From assembly GCA_963845065.1 (NCBI GenBank), contig CAWJQQ010000001.1, forward strand, positions 96,001 through 160,000: a stretch of DNA of 64,000 nt. The letters run 5' to 3'. This DNA is from Nitrospirota bacterium (lineage in GTDB: Bacteria; Nitrospirota; UBA9217). The notes beneath the pieces were generated by a model, which did not search any database, was not told the DNA's origin, and worked only from the letters and a program-made list of their open reading frames with translations. How positions within the stretch are numbered: the stretch's first letter is position 1; each line of letters opens with the position of its first letter. A program made the translations under genes and the position numbers. Shown one piece after another: positions 29,394 through 40,489 of this stretch.

Positions 29394-31195
29394 CCTGAAT
29401 CTTGCATCAAAACGTAGTTCCCCCGACTCGTCGGGTTTGTTTTGATTCCCGCATCTTCCGCTTACCCTTCGACAGCTTTCATTTCATCTTAACTGCCGCA
29501 TTCCTCATCGCATAAGGCAGAAAAGCACAATTCCAAGCTTCTCAGCCTATATTGTGCAAGAAATTTCTTGCACAATTGCATCATGAAGAATTTTCAGCGG
29601 GTTGCAGCCTCATAACCTCCATGTGCCGGCATTGCCACTGACCGCCATCAAGCCACGGGCGCACCTGATTGCGTAGCTGATCAAGATGCTCCATGAAGCT
29701 AAAGAGTCCTGCTACCCTGTTGTCGTGTTCGGAGTACCGCGCCTTCGTCGTATTGCCGCTCATGACCAGCTTTGTCGCGATCATGAGCAGCTTCAACCGA
29801 GCGATTTTGATGGTGTTGTCCTGAATGCCGCTCAAGGCGGTGACTGCCGCGTTATCTTGAGTGCGTTTCTGCTTCTCGCTGAATTCTGCGAGCATCTTGA
29901 ACGATCTCCAACTGTTGTAGGCCAAAAGAACGATCTGAAAATATGCGTAGTTGTTCATGAACCGACGCGTGGGAATAGCCGACAGTCCCTCTCGCTTTAC
30001 TTCGCCGATCTGGTTCTCGCAATCTGCCCGCTTGTCATACTCGCTGATAGCCTGATGAGACTTGCCTGGATGATTGGTGACAAATTGCCGATACGTAAAA
30101 CCACCGTCTTCCAAAAGCTCAAGCTGCGTGTCTCCCTTGCCTGATTTCTTTCCCGGAATACGCATTGAGACGAAACGGCGTTCTCCCGGCCATCCCGTCG
30201 GTTTATACCAGCACTCATTGTATTCTACGCTATCGATTTTGTGCACCTTGTACCACATCTTGGAATCAAAGGGCGGCTTGCATCCTTTATTGCCGAAGAT
30301 GTACATGTGCCTTTCGTCTTCCGCAGCTTTAACCGCATCCCAACTGATGAACTCGCCGTCACCTCGAAGAATCACCTTTTTGACACAAGCAGGAAGGTAT
30401 TTCTTGATGCTCTTGATCACCTCCGCGACTTCTTTGCCAGAGATGGTCGCGCCCTTGCGAAGCTTTCCGACAAGATACTCTCGCGTCTCCTCAATGAAAC
30501 CCAGGACAGGACGAAATCCCTTTTTTCCCCGGTACCGGGTATTGTGTCCCTTGCGGCCGCCTTCCTGATCGCCAAAGATGGTCTCAACTGTCGTATCAAG
30601 ATTAACATGGATGACGCTGTAGCTGATCTCGCACAATTTCCAGACCCGTTCTCGTAGCGCCGCCATCACCAAAAGCAGCGACTTCCCTTGATTGATGCCC
30701 AAGGACGCAACGTATCGCCAGTAAGTCGTCACGTGCGGCAACTTGGACACGCCGAACAGGGCGCACACCATTGGATCCGTTTGTATGTATTGAAAATGCC
30801 ACAGCCGCGTGAATCCAATGAAAAGCAACACCAGAATCCCATACACTGCTTTATAATGTCCCTGGTCCGGCGTGCGGCCTGGTGGCTGATAAAATCCCTC
30901 GAAAACCTCCTGGAACTTTACCGCGTCCATGAACTTCTCTAACGCCAGCAGTCCGCCGAAGGGTGAAAGCCGTTCACTGCAATACTCGTAGCGCGTATTA
31001 GGGCTGATTTTAGCGGGTTCCGAATGGCCTTCATTTTGACCTTGATTCATGCCGTTTTTCGCGCTATGCTTCTTTTGTCGTTTAACCATATGGGTTACCT
31101 CCTGATATCATGGGTTGTTCGCGAGATAACCGCATTATATCAGTGTAACCTGTATGGTTTTATCTTTTTCACTCCATCAGCGTGCAGGATTCAGG
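29394..31195 (-). mobile_element. Complete IS1380-family insertion sequence
   Basis: Terminal inverted repeats CCTGAATC(T/C)TGCA at 29394 and 31195; 5-bp target duplication TACTA on both sides. Confidence 0.92.
29581..31089 (-). CDS. IS1380-family DDE transposase
   Basis: NLDTT, GFRP, LRGDGEF, YDKRADCENQIGEVK. Confidence 0.92.
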   Translation of the reverse strand: MVKRQKKHSAKNGMNQGQNEGHSEPAKISPNTRYEYCSERLSPFGGLLALEKFMDAVKFQEVFEGFYQPPGRTPDQGHYKAVYGILVLLFIGFTRLWHFQYIQTDPMVCALFGVSKLPHVTTYWRYVASLGINQGKSLLLVMAALRERVWKLCEISYSVIHVNLDTTVETIFGDQEGGRKGHNTRYRGKKGFRPVLGFIEETREYLVGKLRKGATISGKEVAEVIKSIKKYLPACVKKVILRGDGEFISWDAVKAAEDERHMYIFGNKGCKPPFDSKMWYKVHKIDSVEYNECWYKPTGWPGERRFVSMRIPGKKSGKGDTQLELLEDGGFTYRQFVTNHPGKSHQAISEYDKRADCENQIGEVKREGLSAIPTRRFMNNYAYFQIVLLAYNSWRSFKMLAEFSEKQKRTQDNAAVTALSGIQDNTIKIARLKLLMIATKLVMSGNTTKARYSEHDNRVAGLFSFMEHLDQLRNQVRPWLDGGQWQCRHMEVMRLQPAENSS

Positions 31196-32037
31196 TACTA
31201 TTATAACACCAAATCCTCCGGAACAGATTTCGGATGAACATGATCGTACTTCTCCTCATCCACCTTCCTTGAACAGAAAGATCAGATTCTCGTTGCCATG
31301 ACCATATCATTGCTTAGGTCTTATGGTTATTAACTAGCCCCAAGTGGCCCACGACGTGGGCAACAAAGATGCTGATAACTTGTGTTCAGTTTCTTGTCAG
31401 TAAAGCTATATGCCATGATTAATCTATATTCACTCAGACGAGACGGCAAAGACGTAGCAGGACATTAAGATCAGTTTTACAAGAGCCATGCAGAAGCTAC
31501 ACAATATCATCACCTTATCCTCCTCGCTTCTGACATTTTGTCTATCTTGTAGAATGAACAGTGAAGAGATTATGACTAGACGAACATAGTGCCGCGCATC
31601 CCCGATGGCCTCAACCTCGGCACCATATCCCGCCTCCCGTGGCTCTGCTTGTTCTACAAAAGGCTCGAAACTGGATTTGAATCGCGCTGTAGTTTTAGAT
31701 CTGGCACTCTCCCACGCCCTCTCCGCTAATGCCTGATGGTAGATCAGACCATGGGCTTAGTTGCTTATATTCAGCCGGGCCATGAGCGCCAGATGCAAAA
31801 AGAGGGCATAAGCAAATATGCAGAGGGAAGTTATGTAGAAAACACTTAATCGGACTTGCCATACGAACTTTCCGCAGCCCATTGCCTCTAGGAATAAAAA
31901 GCAGCCTCCCTCATAATTTGCTATTTGATATAATCATATATATTCAGCGAGAGAGAGTGGTGTCATGATGAAACGCGTCAGCATCTGTGCATTTGAGGCG
32001 GATAGAGAAGGGTTCCGTATTATGACATCCTGCAATT

Positions 32038-33843
32038 ATGGTTAGGGCAATGTTCGACATCATGATGAGACCCATGCGGCAAGGGGGTTTTTTGCTCCTC
32101 TGCGTCCTGACTGGCGCGATTGCCGGGTTGGGCGCCGTTGTTTTTCGCACTCTTATCGCACTGATGCACAATGTACTCTTTTACGGCAGTCTATCCATCA
32201 TTTATGATGCAAACGCGCACACTGTTGCCAGCACTTGGGGCCCCTTCGTTATCCTTGTCCCGGTGATCGGTTCGCTGGGGGTTACTTTCCTCGTCACACA
32301 TTTTGCTCCGGAAGCGAAGGGGCACGGTGTTCCCGAGGTGATGGATGCCGTGTACTACGGCAAAGGCATGATCCGTCCCCTCGTCGCCGTGTTCAAGTCA
32401 CTTGCCTCGGCGCTTTCCATCGGAAGCGGCGGGTCCGTAGGAAGGGAAGGGCCGATTGCCCAAATCGGATCGGCATTCGGCTCTACTATGGGCCAGCTCC
32501 TATCTATGACGACGAAGCAGCGCATCACACTAATCGCTGCTGGCGCAGGAGGGGGCATCGCCGCGACCTTTAACACGCCCATCGGAGGCATTTTATTTGC
32601 CGTTGAACTCCTGCTGCAAGAAGTGAGTGTGGCGACCTTGGTGCCAGTGGCGATTACCACGGTCACGGCAACGTACGTGGGTCAGCTTTTCTTTGGGGTC
32701 CATCCGTCGTTTGTCATACCTGCACTTCAGCAGCCCTATTTCCATCCACTTGATCCCTGGCTACTCGTCCCTTATGCCGCGCTCGGCTTACTCATGGGTC
32801 TTGCTTCTACGGTGTTTATTCATTCGCTTTATCTGACCGAAGACTTTTTTGAGAAACGCACGGTGAACAACCCCTATCTGCGGCATGCTGTGGGCATGCT
32901 GGCCGTGGGCGGGTTGATGTACAGCCTTATGTCAGCAACGGGCCATTATTATGTCGACGGTGTCGGCTATTCGACGGTTCAGGACATCCTGACAGGAGAC
33001 ATGAGTGCCGTCCATCTTCTCGTACTGTTGTTCTTTTTAAAGCTTCTAGCGACATCCCTGACCCTGGGGTCAGGAGGCTCGGGCGGAATCTTCTCACCGT
33101 CTCTATTCCTGGGCGCAACCGCTGGAGGCGCATTCGGGATTGTTCTCAAACATGTGTTCCCGCAAGCACCGGTAAGTCCGGCTGCTTTCGCCGTCGCCGG
33201 GATGGCGGGCATGGTTGGCGGCGCTACGGGTGCGGCCATGACAGCGATAGTCATGATCTTTGAGATGACCTTGGATTATAGCGTCATCATGCCGATGACG
33301 ATTACCGTGGTGCTGAGCTACGGCACGCGCGCACTGCTTACTCGGGAAAGCATATACACAATGAAGCTCTCTCGCCGGGATCACTACATTCCCGCCGCCT
33401 TGCAGGCTAATTTGCTCCATGTTCGGCGGGCGCGGAACATTATGCAAACGCCTGTCGTGATGGTATCATCATCGGACAGTCTTGATGTTCTCGCCCATCG
33501 CTCAACGGAGCACCCGGATGTGCGATGGTTCCTCGTCGTGGATGATGGTCACGTTAGCGGTGTCGTTCCGAGGGATTATGCACTGTCTGCGCCTGAAATC
33601 GAGCGTAGGGGCTGGCACTCCGTTGCTGACATTATGAGGCTCGACTTCATCCTAGCCCACGAGGAAGAGACGATGGATAGCATTGTGGCCCACCTGCACC
33701 GGCCACACGCCGCAGTGGCCATCGTGCTCAGGCAGCCAGGATCGCCTCCGTATGCAGTTGACGTCACCGGTATTATTACTTGGGAACGAATTGCGGAGCT
33801 TCTGGAGGAAACAGTTGAACTTTATTCAGACGTGCATGATTAG
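32038..33843 (+). CDS. ClC chloride channel/antiporter with CBS domains
   Basis: GHGVPEV, GSVGREGP, GGIFSPSL, IYT; C-terminal CBS pair. Confidence 0.95.
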   Translation: MVRAMFDIMMRPMRQGGFLLLCVLTGAIAGLGAVVFRTLIALMHNVLFYGSLSIIYDANAHTVASTWGPFVILVPVIGSLGVTFLVTHFAPEAKGHGVPEVMDAVYYGKGMIRPLVAVFKSLASALSIGSGGSVGREGPIAQIGSAFGSTMGQLLSMTTKQRITLIAAGAGGGIAATFNTPIGGILFAVELLLQEVSVATLVPVAITTVTATYVGQLFFGVHPSFVIPALQQPYFHPLDPWLLVPYAALGLLMGLASTVFIHSLYLTEDFFEKRTVNNPYLRHAVGMLAVGGLMYSLMSATGHYYVDGVGYSTVQDILTGDMSAVHLLVLLFFLKLLATSLTLGSGGSGGIFSPSLFLGATAGGAFGIVLKHVFPQAPVSPAAFAVAGMAGMVGGATGAAMTAIVMIFEMTLDYSVIMPMTITVVLSYGTRALLTRESIYTMKLSRRDHYIPAALQANLLHVRRARNIMQTPVVMVSSSDSLDVLAHRSTEHPDVRWFLVVDDGHVSGVVPRDYALSAPEIERRGWHSVADIMRLDFILAHEEETMDSIVAHLHRPHAAVAIVLRQPGSPPYAVDVTGIITWERIAELLEETVELYSDVHD

Positions 33844-34611
33844 CTTACCCGCCGTTTCCCTGCATGCCTTTTCCGATATGTCATGCTTGATGAGAGCGCC
33901 ACAAAAATTATATCTTCCACAGTCGGCCCTGACTGAATCGTTCCGAATAACCGATAGATACAATGGCTCGCACTCCGGGAACAAGGATCCAAAGCGTGTT
34001 ACGGTTACCGCCTGACCCAGACCGTCTGATATAGTGTCTTTTTTCGACCTTTGACATATTTCTTTGTAGGCATTCTCACTTGTCAAGTATCGAGAAGCGT
34101 CCTCCCATAGGTCTTCTTAATCTCTTGTACAGGGCTATACTTTAATTATTCAGAACAAACGTACTGAAGGAAAAAAGGTGAATCGTATGATCATCGATCT
34201 GAACAAGAAGGAACGGGACTTACTCGTTTATGAACTGGAGGAGACGACGGCCCCGCAGATCAGGGAGCTGGTAGCCTCGGGTATGCGGAAGAATAGCCAC
34301 GATAAGCTGAAAAGGGACGAGGAAATACTGAAGAAGGTCCCCGCTCCACCACTCAAGGGATTTATCCTAGGCAAACTGGTGGGTTTTCTCCATCATGATG
34401 TTACGATAATCTATGATGAAATCCGGAGGCTCATGGCCGATTTACTTTACACAGATTCCCCGCCTTGTGGAAAGACAAAGTTAACAGACTGGTTGAAAGA
34501 AAATTCGGTAAATGTCGGCTTACGTTATAGTAATGAGTCGAAGAGAAGAAACAATGGAATAAAGCCCTGTCAGATGTTTGATGATTGGATAAAAACGAGT
34601 TAGTCAGGATG

Positions 34612-34819
34612 ACAACTACAGAATGGAAATTACACACCTGACAAAACTGTGCAATGTGCATAGTTCAGGATGGATTCGTTGACAGAAAACTTTATTCCTA
34701 AATGCAAAGACACAAATTGAATTCTGCACCACGCTAATATTATATGAAACTCGGCTTCACCTACAAGGTTGCACCCGTGATCGACAAATAGGATGTGCGG
34801 AATATCACTTGTAAATTAG
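34612..34819. repeat. ORF-less attC-adjacent element, copy E5
   Basis: Aligns over more than 130 nt with E4 and E7; CACCTACAAG 62 nt from the attC. Confidence 0.85.
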
Positions 34820-34879
34820 CAAGATCGCTGCCGCGAGGGGCGAGTCTTTCAGCGACCCTCTCGACGCGATTGGATCGGC
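34820..34879 (-). other. Degenerate attC site (60 bp)
   Basis: Minus strand: GCCGATC-CAATC-GCGTCGAG-AGGGTCGC..GCCC-CTCGCGGC..GATCTTG; same family as 8386-8445. Confidence 0.65.
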
Positions 34880-34907
34880 ATTTGTTTAAAACGGCTGCAA
34901 AATATAT

Positions 34908-35288
34908 TTACCCTACAGAAGCCTTGACCCCGCATGCCGTACGCTCGAGTTTTTTCCCTTTTCCCGTCTTCCCGTTTTGCATCATGTATTTTGCGCCCCA
35001 CTTGTGCATCGAATCAAGAATAGGGCGCAGGCTAGTTCCAATGTCGGTGAGCGAGTATTCAACGCGAGGCGGGACCTCCGGGTAGATCTTCCGACTGACA
35101 AGGTTGTCTTCCTCCATCTGCCTGAGTTGCTGCGTCAGCATCTTCTGGCTGATGTTCGGGACGCCCCGGAAAAGTTCGCCGAAGCGCCTGGTACCTTTGA
35201 ACAACTCACGCAAAATTAGCACCTTCCACTTGTTCCCGAGGAGCGCGAGCGTTATTTCCACCGGGCAGCCGACTTGTTCGTTTTCCAT
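34908..35288 (-). CDS. HxlR-family winged-helix transcriptional regulator
   Basis: CPVE..KWK..RRFGEL..ISQKML..YPEVPPRVEYSLT. Confidence 0.95.
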   Translation of the reverse strand: MENEQVGCPVEITLALLGNKWKVLILRELFKGTRRFGELFRGVPNISQKMLTQQLRQMEEDNLVSRKIYPEVPPRVEYSLTDIGTSLRPILDSMHKWGAKYMMQNGKTGKGKKLERTACGVKASVG

Positions 35289-35477
35289 TGTATCCTCCAT
35301 ACTTACCTTTTGGTAAGTACATTACAAAAAAGTGCCTACTTGTATTATGAATGTAACTGCCATAACATACGCCAGCAGCTTAAATGAATCAAGTGGTAAA
35401 AACAGGAGTCTAGCCGAACGCGTGCGGCAAAATGCCCGACCACTTGATCCATGCAAACCCAAAAAAGGAGATTTAAA

Positions 35478-35699
35478 ATGAACGGAAACAAGCCTGTCGA
35501 AATGGAACTGGAAGCGGGGACTTATTACTGGTGTGATTGCGGACTGAGCGGAACGGGGCCTTTCTGTGACGGGTCCCACAAGGCCTCCGGCAAATCGCCG
35601 GTCCAATTCGTAGTGACGGAAAAGAAGAAGGTTTGGCTCTGCAATTGCGGACGCACTAAGACCCCGCCGTACTGCGATGGGGCACATGGGAAGAAGTAA
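35478..35699 (+). CDS. CDGSH iron-sulfur domain protein (two motifs)
   Basis: WCDCGLS..PFCDGSH and LCNCGRT..PYCDGAH; AAGGAG RBS. Confidence 0.92.
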   Translation: MNGNKPVEMELEAGTYYWCDCGLSGTGPFCDGSHKASGKSPVQFVVTEKKKVWLCNCGRTKTPPYCDGAHGKK

Positions 35700-35758
35700 G
35701 GGTTTTATGTTTTTACCTTATGAATTAAAACAGAAAAGAATAACCACAAGGAGAACCT

Positions 35759-36208
35759 ATGTTAAAGAAAATAATACAGACAAATAGTGACACATCGATC
35801 CTGATCCTCAGGGTCTTGCTTGGAATCGTGTTTCTCCCGCATGGGCTGCAAAAGGTTTTCGGATCGTTCGGGGGGTATGGGTATACTGGAACTATGGGAT
35901 ATTTTACCGGGACGCTTGGGATCCCGGCGCTGTTCGCCTTTCTGGCGATCGCATCTGAGTTTCTTGGGTCTTTAGGTCTGATTACCGGGTTATTCACTAG
36001 AATCGCGGCTTTTGGTATTGGCGTCGAGATTTCGATTGCAGCACTCATGCTTCATGTTAAGAATGGTTTTTTCATGAACTGGTTCGGTAATCAGAAGGGC
36101 GAAGGGTTTGAGTACCACATCCTTGTTGTTGCAATCGCTGCAGCACTAGTGATCAAAGGTGGTGGAAAATGGTCTCTCGACCGAGTGCTCGTACGGCAAG
36201 ATAACTAA
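35759..36208 (+). CDS. DoxX-family membrane protein
   Basis: HGLQKVFG, GFFMNWFG.QKGEGFEYH, G.WSLD. Confidence 0.92.
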   Translation: MLKKIIQTNSDTSILILRVLLGIVFLPHGLQKVFGSFGGYGYTGTMGYFTGTLGIPALFAFLAIASEFLGSLGLITGLFTRIAAFGIGVEISIAALMLHVKNGFFMNWFGNQKGEGFEYHILVVAIAAALVIKGGGKWSLDRVLVRQDN

Positions 36209-36319
36209 CGGTGCCTAACCAGATTAGGTGAGTATACAGCATCGGTACACGCTGGTTGGCGGTTCCATCAACGGGCCGGCTGAAGTTATCGGCCCGATTT
36301 TTTTTTAAAGTATGGACAG

Positions 36320-36442
36320 CGCACTACAATTTGTATCCGATATTCTGTACCTCGACCAAAATAAGGACCTCTGTGAGGTACACCTACTAGCTTGCACATA
36401 TGTTGACTAAAATTCAATGCACAATACTGGTTGATAATTACA
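36320..36442. repeat. ORF-less attC-adjacent element, copy E6
   Basis: CACCTACTAGCTTGCA..GTTGACTAAAATTCAATGCACAATACTGGTTGATAATTACAT. Confidence 0.8.
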
Positions 36443-36490
36443 TATGAACGCTGGCGTGAGGGACGACCCTCTCGACGCGACAAGTATAGA
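36443..36490 (-). other. Shortened, degenerate attC site
   Basis: Minus strand: TCTATAC-TTGTC-GCGTCGAG-AGGGTCGTCC-CTCACGC-CAGC-GTTCATA. Confidence 0.65.
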
Positions 36491-36500
36491 CCCCGTGACG

Positions 36501-37709
36501 TTAGTTATTTCTTGAATGATCTCCTGCTGAAGAATCTTCGCTCCGAAACAGCTGTACTGCCAGAATTGAAAGGCATAATTGAGCAACAGCAAAGACGGCA
36601 AGCGCTGTATCGAATCCATGCTTTAGCAGTAGCTCAAAGGCCAGAGCCCCCAAACCGAAACCGCTGAATAAGGAAAAGGCGTTCATGCCCATTGCGAGGC
36701 CCCGCCGAGAAGGATTAAGCGAAGTAATGATTCCAGCCAAGAGGGGGTGGCTCATGTCGTATCCCAAAGAGAGAATCGCAATGATCACTGCTGGCCAGAG
36801 TAGTGGTGCCCGTGGAATGAGTGCTGCTCCGCAGAGGGCGCCAATCAGGATGCCTAATGGGATTATGCGCTTTCTCCCGACACGATCCGCAACACGTCCG
36901 ATGACCGGCCCCAATAGCATTCCTGGAACGCCATAACCCAGCAGGGCTAGGCCAATCCCTTCATCGCCGAGACGATAGCGTTCCGAGAAATATAGACCAA
37001 GCCAGGTGAAGACTCCGGAATGGAACATGCCATTGAGAAGGATATAGGCATACGTTTTTGCTCCTCTTGAACTGGTTAAGAGCGACCAGTATCCAGCAAT
37101 CGCCTTAGCAGGGCTTAACGGATGTACGACGATTTCGCCCTCGAGAAAGTGACGAAGGCGAATTGCAAAGGCCAGAACGGTTGCAATGAGACAGGCCGTT
37201 ATAAGGAACTCTCCGCGCCAGCCAATAATGGGATTCAACAAGGCCCCGAGGCTTGATCCGAAAGCCATGCCTCCGGCTATCGCACCAAACATCCACCCTA
37301 TGGGCCGGCCGCGTTGTTCATAAGGAAAGAGATCTCCGAGAAGAGCCAGAGCGATTGGTACGATTCCTCCGCTTGTGATCCCGCCTAGTAGACGCCATAC
37401 CATCATCTGAGACGCAGTATAAGCTGTCGCCACCCCGGCTATCGTTACGACCATTAGCCCCAGCAGCGCGAGAATAACCGGCTTCCTGCCAACCCGGTCA
37501 GAAATCGGTCCATAGAACAGAGTCGATATGCCATAGGGCAGCATATACGCAGGAACGAGCATGCCAAGGAAATCCGTAGACTCGTGAAACTGTATTGAGA
37601 GCGACGGGATGAGCGGGGCTACAAGATACGCCTGGAAGAATATGAGAAAGGCCGCCGCTGACATTACACGCAGCACCGCTTCACGCTTGCTACCAGAATC
37701 GTATGACAT
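36501..37709 (-). CDS. MFS transporter
   Basis: GPISDRVGRK motif A, repeated as GRVADRVGRK; about 12 hydrophobic segments. Confidence 0.92.
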   Translation of the reverse strand: MSYDSGSKREAVLRVMSAAAFLIFFQAYLVAPLIPSLSIQFHESTDFLGMLVPAYMLPYGISTLFYGPISDRVGRKPVILALLGLMVVTIAGVATAYTASQMMVWRLLGGITSGGIVPIALALLGDLFPYEQRGRPIGWMFGAIAGGMAFGSSLGALLNPIIGWRGEFLITACLIATVLAFAIRLRHFLEGEIVVHPLSPAKAIAGYWSLLTSSRGAKTYAYILLNGMFHSGVFTWLGLYFSERYRLGDEGIGLALLGYGVPGMLLGPVIGRVADRVGRKRIIPLGILIGALCGAALIPRAPLLWPAVIIAILSLGYDMSHPLLAGIITSLNPSRRGLAMGMNAFSLFSGFGLGALAFELLLKHGFDTALAVFAVAQLCLSILAVQLFRSEDSSAGDHSRNN

Positions 37710-38377
37710 TCTGGCTGGTCCTCCTATAATTTATTCCGTATTCGGCCCGCTTATGAGTTGCTTGATGCCGGGCATTGTTGTTCATCCCTTTTCGTTGTGA
37801 GTTAAAACCACTGAACTTATTGGAAAGTATATCATTTTTTTTAATAGCAGCTCGAGGAGGAAGTCAGGGATTGACAACAACACGTTTTCGTCTGAGGAAG
37901 TCATATTCGTGACTGATCTAATGGTCCTGCTGCTCCGAGCAGCATCTACAAAAAAAGTAGCCATCTTAAACGAGAAGCGATGTCGATTATGAATTGATAG
38001 ATGTTGACGAAGAAGTGATGAGCACCTTTATTTCACATGTCCATTTCGGTTGCTACGTCTACTACCTGATCCTCTATCTGTCAATAATAGAGAAGCGACT
38101 CTCTGCGTTTTCGCGAATTTGAGACAACGACATTTCTATGCCGCTTGTGCCACTCCAATCGCCGCTGCCGCTAGTCCTCAATAATTACTATAACTTTTAA
38201 TACCAAGGTTGTAACAGGGGGAGAACATCAACAGCAACACGCTCGGGACGAATATCAAAAAGTGTACACTTGCAAGGCCTTGTAATTGACAACTCTTCAT
38301 ACCTATGATTAAATTTTAAAAATCTCCGAATAAAGCCAAGAATTAGGTTTGAAGTTGAATGTTAAGGCGAATAAGAA

Positions 38378-38878
38378 ATGGATAAACCGAAAGAAATCGC
38401 GACGCCCGCTGAAGGAGCTGAAGCCCGGACATCGGCCGATCGTCTGATAGACCTCGAAAAAGCGCTACGGGAGAAAGAAGATCTCTATCTACGCGCCCTC
38501 GCTGATCTGGATAATTATAGGAAAAGGGTGGATAGAGAGATGAAAGAGGTCGAGAGAAGGACAAAGAAAGCCCTCCTGTTAGATCTACTTGAGGTAGTAG
38601 ATAATCTGGAGAGGGCAATCGGTACGGAGGGTAAACACGTCCTTTCCGTGAAAGAGGGGGTCCGGGCCATTCACCGACAGGTGCTGGATATTTTGAAAAG
38701 ATACGGGGTTGTCCAGCTTAAATCTCTCGGAAAGGGATTCGATCCTCATTATCATGAGGCAGCAGGGACGATTGAATCCGAGGCCTTTCCCTCCGGAACA
38801 GTCGGAGTGGAACTGAGGAAGGGATATCTCATGGGAGAAGATCTTTTACGGCCCTCACGTGTCCTGATTGTAAAATAG
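38378..38878 (+). CDS. grpE: Nucleotide exchange factor GrpE
   Basis: RALADLDNYRKR, DNLERA, FDPHYHEA, KGY....LRPSRV. Confidence 0.92.
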   Translation: MDKPKEIATPAEGAEARTSADRLIDLEKALREKEDLYLRALADLDNYRKRVDREMKEVERRTKKALLLDLLEVVDNLERAIGTEGKHVLSVKEGVRAIHRQVLDILKRYGVVQLKSLGKGFDPHYHEAAGTIESEAFPSGTVGVELRKGYLMGEDLLRPSRVLIVK

Positions 38879-38906
38879 CGGAAGTGTTGAATAGGGGAAA
38901 AGGCCT

Positions 38907-39890
38907 GTGAAGTTCAGAGACTATTACGAAGTAATGGGTGTGGATCGGAATGCTACCGAAGAAGAAATAAAGACGGCCTTTAGAAAGCTGGCCCGGAAGC
39001 ATCATCCAGATCTTCAGTTAAGCAAGGATAAGAAGGAAGCGGAAGAGAAGTTTAAAGAGCTGAATGAGGCGCATGAAGTCCTGAGTGACCCGGAGAAGCG
39101 GAAGAGATATGATCAGCTTGGAGAGAACTGGAAAGCAGGGCAAACCTTTCAGCCCCCACCGGACTGGAATGTCCGCCAAGACTCCGGTCCCAGTCCTAGA
39201 GGCGAGCAGGAGACTTTTTCCTGGAGTTCAGACGCCGGCGGTTACAGCGATTTTTTTGAGACCCTCTTTGGCCGTGGCTTTCGCGAAGGATTTCAGGGCG
39301 CCCGCGGCGGCCAGCCATTCGTAAGGCAGCAGCAGGGAGCGGACCATGATGCAACGCTCCGGATCTCCTTGGAGGATGCCTATCGCGGAGGCGTCAAAAG
39401 TATCTCGTTACAATTGCAAAAGATCAATCCAGATGGAAACCTTTCCACACAAGAGAAGCATTACGAAGTCAAAATACCTCCGGGAATTCTTTCGGGGCAG
39501 AAGATTCGGCTGGCCGGGCAAGGAGGAGACGGGACAGGGGGCGCTGAAAAGGGGGATCTATATCTGTCGGTCGAAATTGAACCCCATCCTAAATATCGTT
39601 TTGAGGGGCGTGATCTATTCATAGATCTCCCTTTAACACCGTGGGAGGCTGCCCTGGGGGCAGAGGTAGAAGTGAACACGCTTGCAGGTCCTGTCAATTT
39701 GAAAGTCCCTCCTGGCACTCAGAGCGGACAGAAACTGAGGCTCAGGGGCAAAGGGATGTCCAATGTCAATGGAAGCCCGGGTGATCTCTATGCACTGGTT
39801 CAGATTAAGGTGCCAAGAGAGATGTCGACTAAGGAAAAAGAAATGTTTGAGGAGTTAAAAAGGACGTCTTCTTTTAATCCCAGAATTTGA
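38907..39890 (+). CDS. cbpA: DnaJ-class chaperone CbpA (no zinc finger)
   Basis: J-domain with [12 protein letters not shown]-terminal PWEAALG; followed by cbpM. Confidence 0.9.
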   Translation: MKFRDYYEVMGVDRNATEEEIKTAFRKLARKHHPDLQLSKDKKEAEEKFKELNEAHEVLSDPEKRKRYDQLGENWKAGQTFQPPPDWNVRQDSGPSPRGEQETFSWSSDAGGYSDFFETLFGRGFREGFQGARGGQPFVRQQQGADHDATLRISLEDAYRGGVKSISLQLQKINPDGNLSTQEKHYEVKIPPGILSGQKIRLAGQGGDGTGGAEKGDLYLSVEIEPHPKYRFEGRDLFIDLPLTPWEAALGAEVEVNTLAGPVNLKVPPGTQSGQKLRLRGKGMSNVNGSPGDLYALVQIKVPREMSTKEKEMFEELKRTSSFNPRI

Positions 39891-39942
39891 ACTTTATCGG
39901 AGAATCTGACAGACTATAATAAACGTCGGGAGGAAAGGGGTA

Positions 39943-40269
39943 ATGGAAAAGAGGGAATATCTTCCACTTCCAAACAGGTTCATTACGAACTCATCTTCCT
40001 ATGTCACGTTCAGAGAGGTTTCAAGGCTCTGCGATATTCACCCTAAGATGATAATTCGCCTCGTTCAACTGGGTCTTATCGATCCTCTGGGAAAAGAGAA
40101 GACTGAAGATGCTTGGACTTTTCCAGTTGAAACCATTCAGCTGGTCAGGAAGATCATCAGGCTTCGTAATCAGCTGGGGATCAATTATTCCGGGATTGGC
40201 GTGGTTTTGGAGTTGTTATCACGCATTGAGGCAATGGAAACCCGTATCCGTGAACTGGCAAACGAATGA
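39943..40269 (+). CDS. cbpM: Chaperone modulator CbpM (MerR-like)
   Basis: RLRNQLGINYSGIGVVLELL; position downstream of cbpA. Confidence 0.85.
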   Translation: MEKREYLPLPNRFITNSSSYVTFREVSRLCDIHPKMIIRLVQLGLIDPLGKEKTEDAWTFPVETIQLVRKIIRLRNQLGINYSGIGVVLELLSRIEAMETRIRELANE

Positions 40270-40489
40270 GCATGAAACTCCATCAACGTCACTCGAGAGA
40301 AGCGTCCTGTTTCGATGCTAAACCTCCGCTATTTTATTATTGTCTTATCGCGTATAGATGAAGAAGTTGTTCTCAATAGTATTTACTCAAGATCAGAAAA
40401 TTCTCGATGGATCTTTTCGATATTCTCCCCGTAAGCGCGACCGTTCCCGTACTCGCAGCTTCGGTAGCCACGTGAATTCCTTTCCTCCC

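Noticed and set aside
31310..31800. Further copy of the ORF-less element or an attC
   Set aside because: Only scattered CTACA-like words; no convincing alignment or R/L box geometry by eye.
34178..34603. 141-aa ORF as one genuine gene
   Set aside because: It appears to be a chimera of unrelated fragments with no recognisable family; not supportable.
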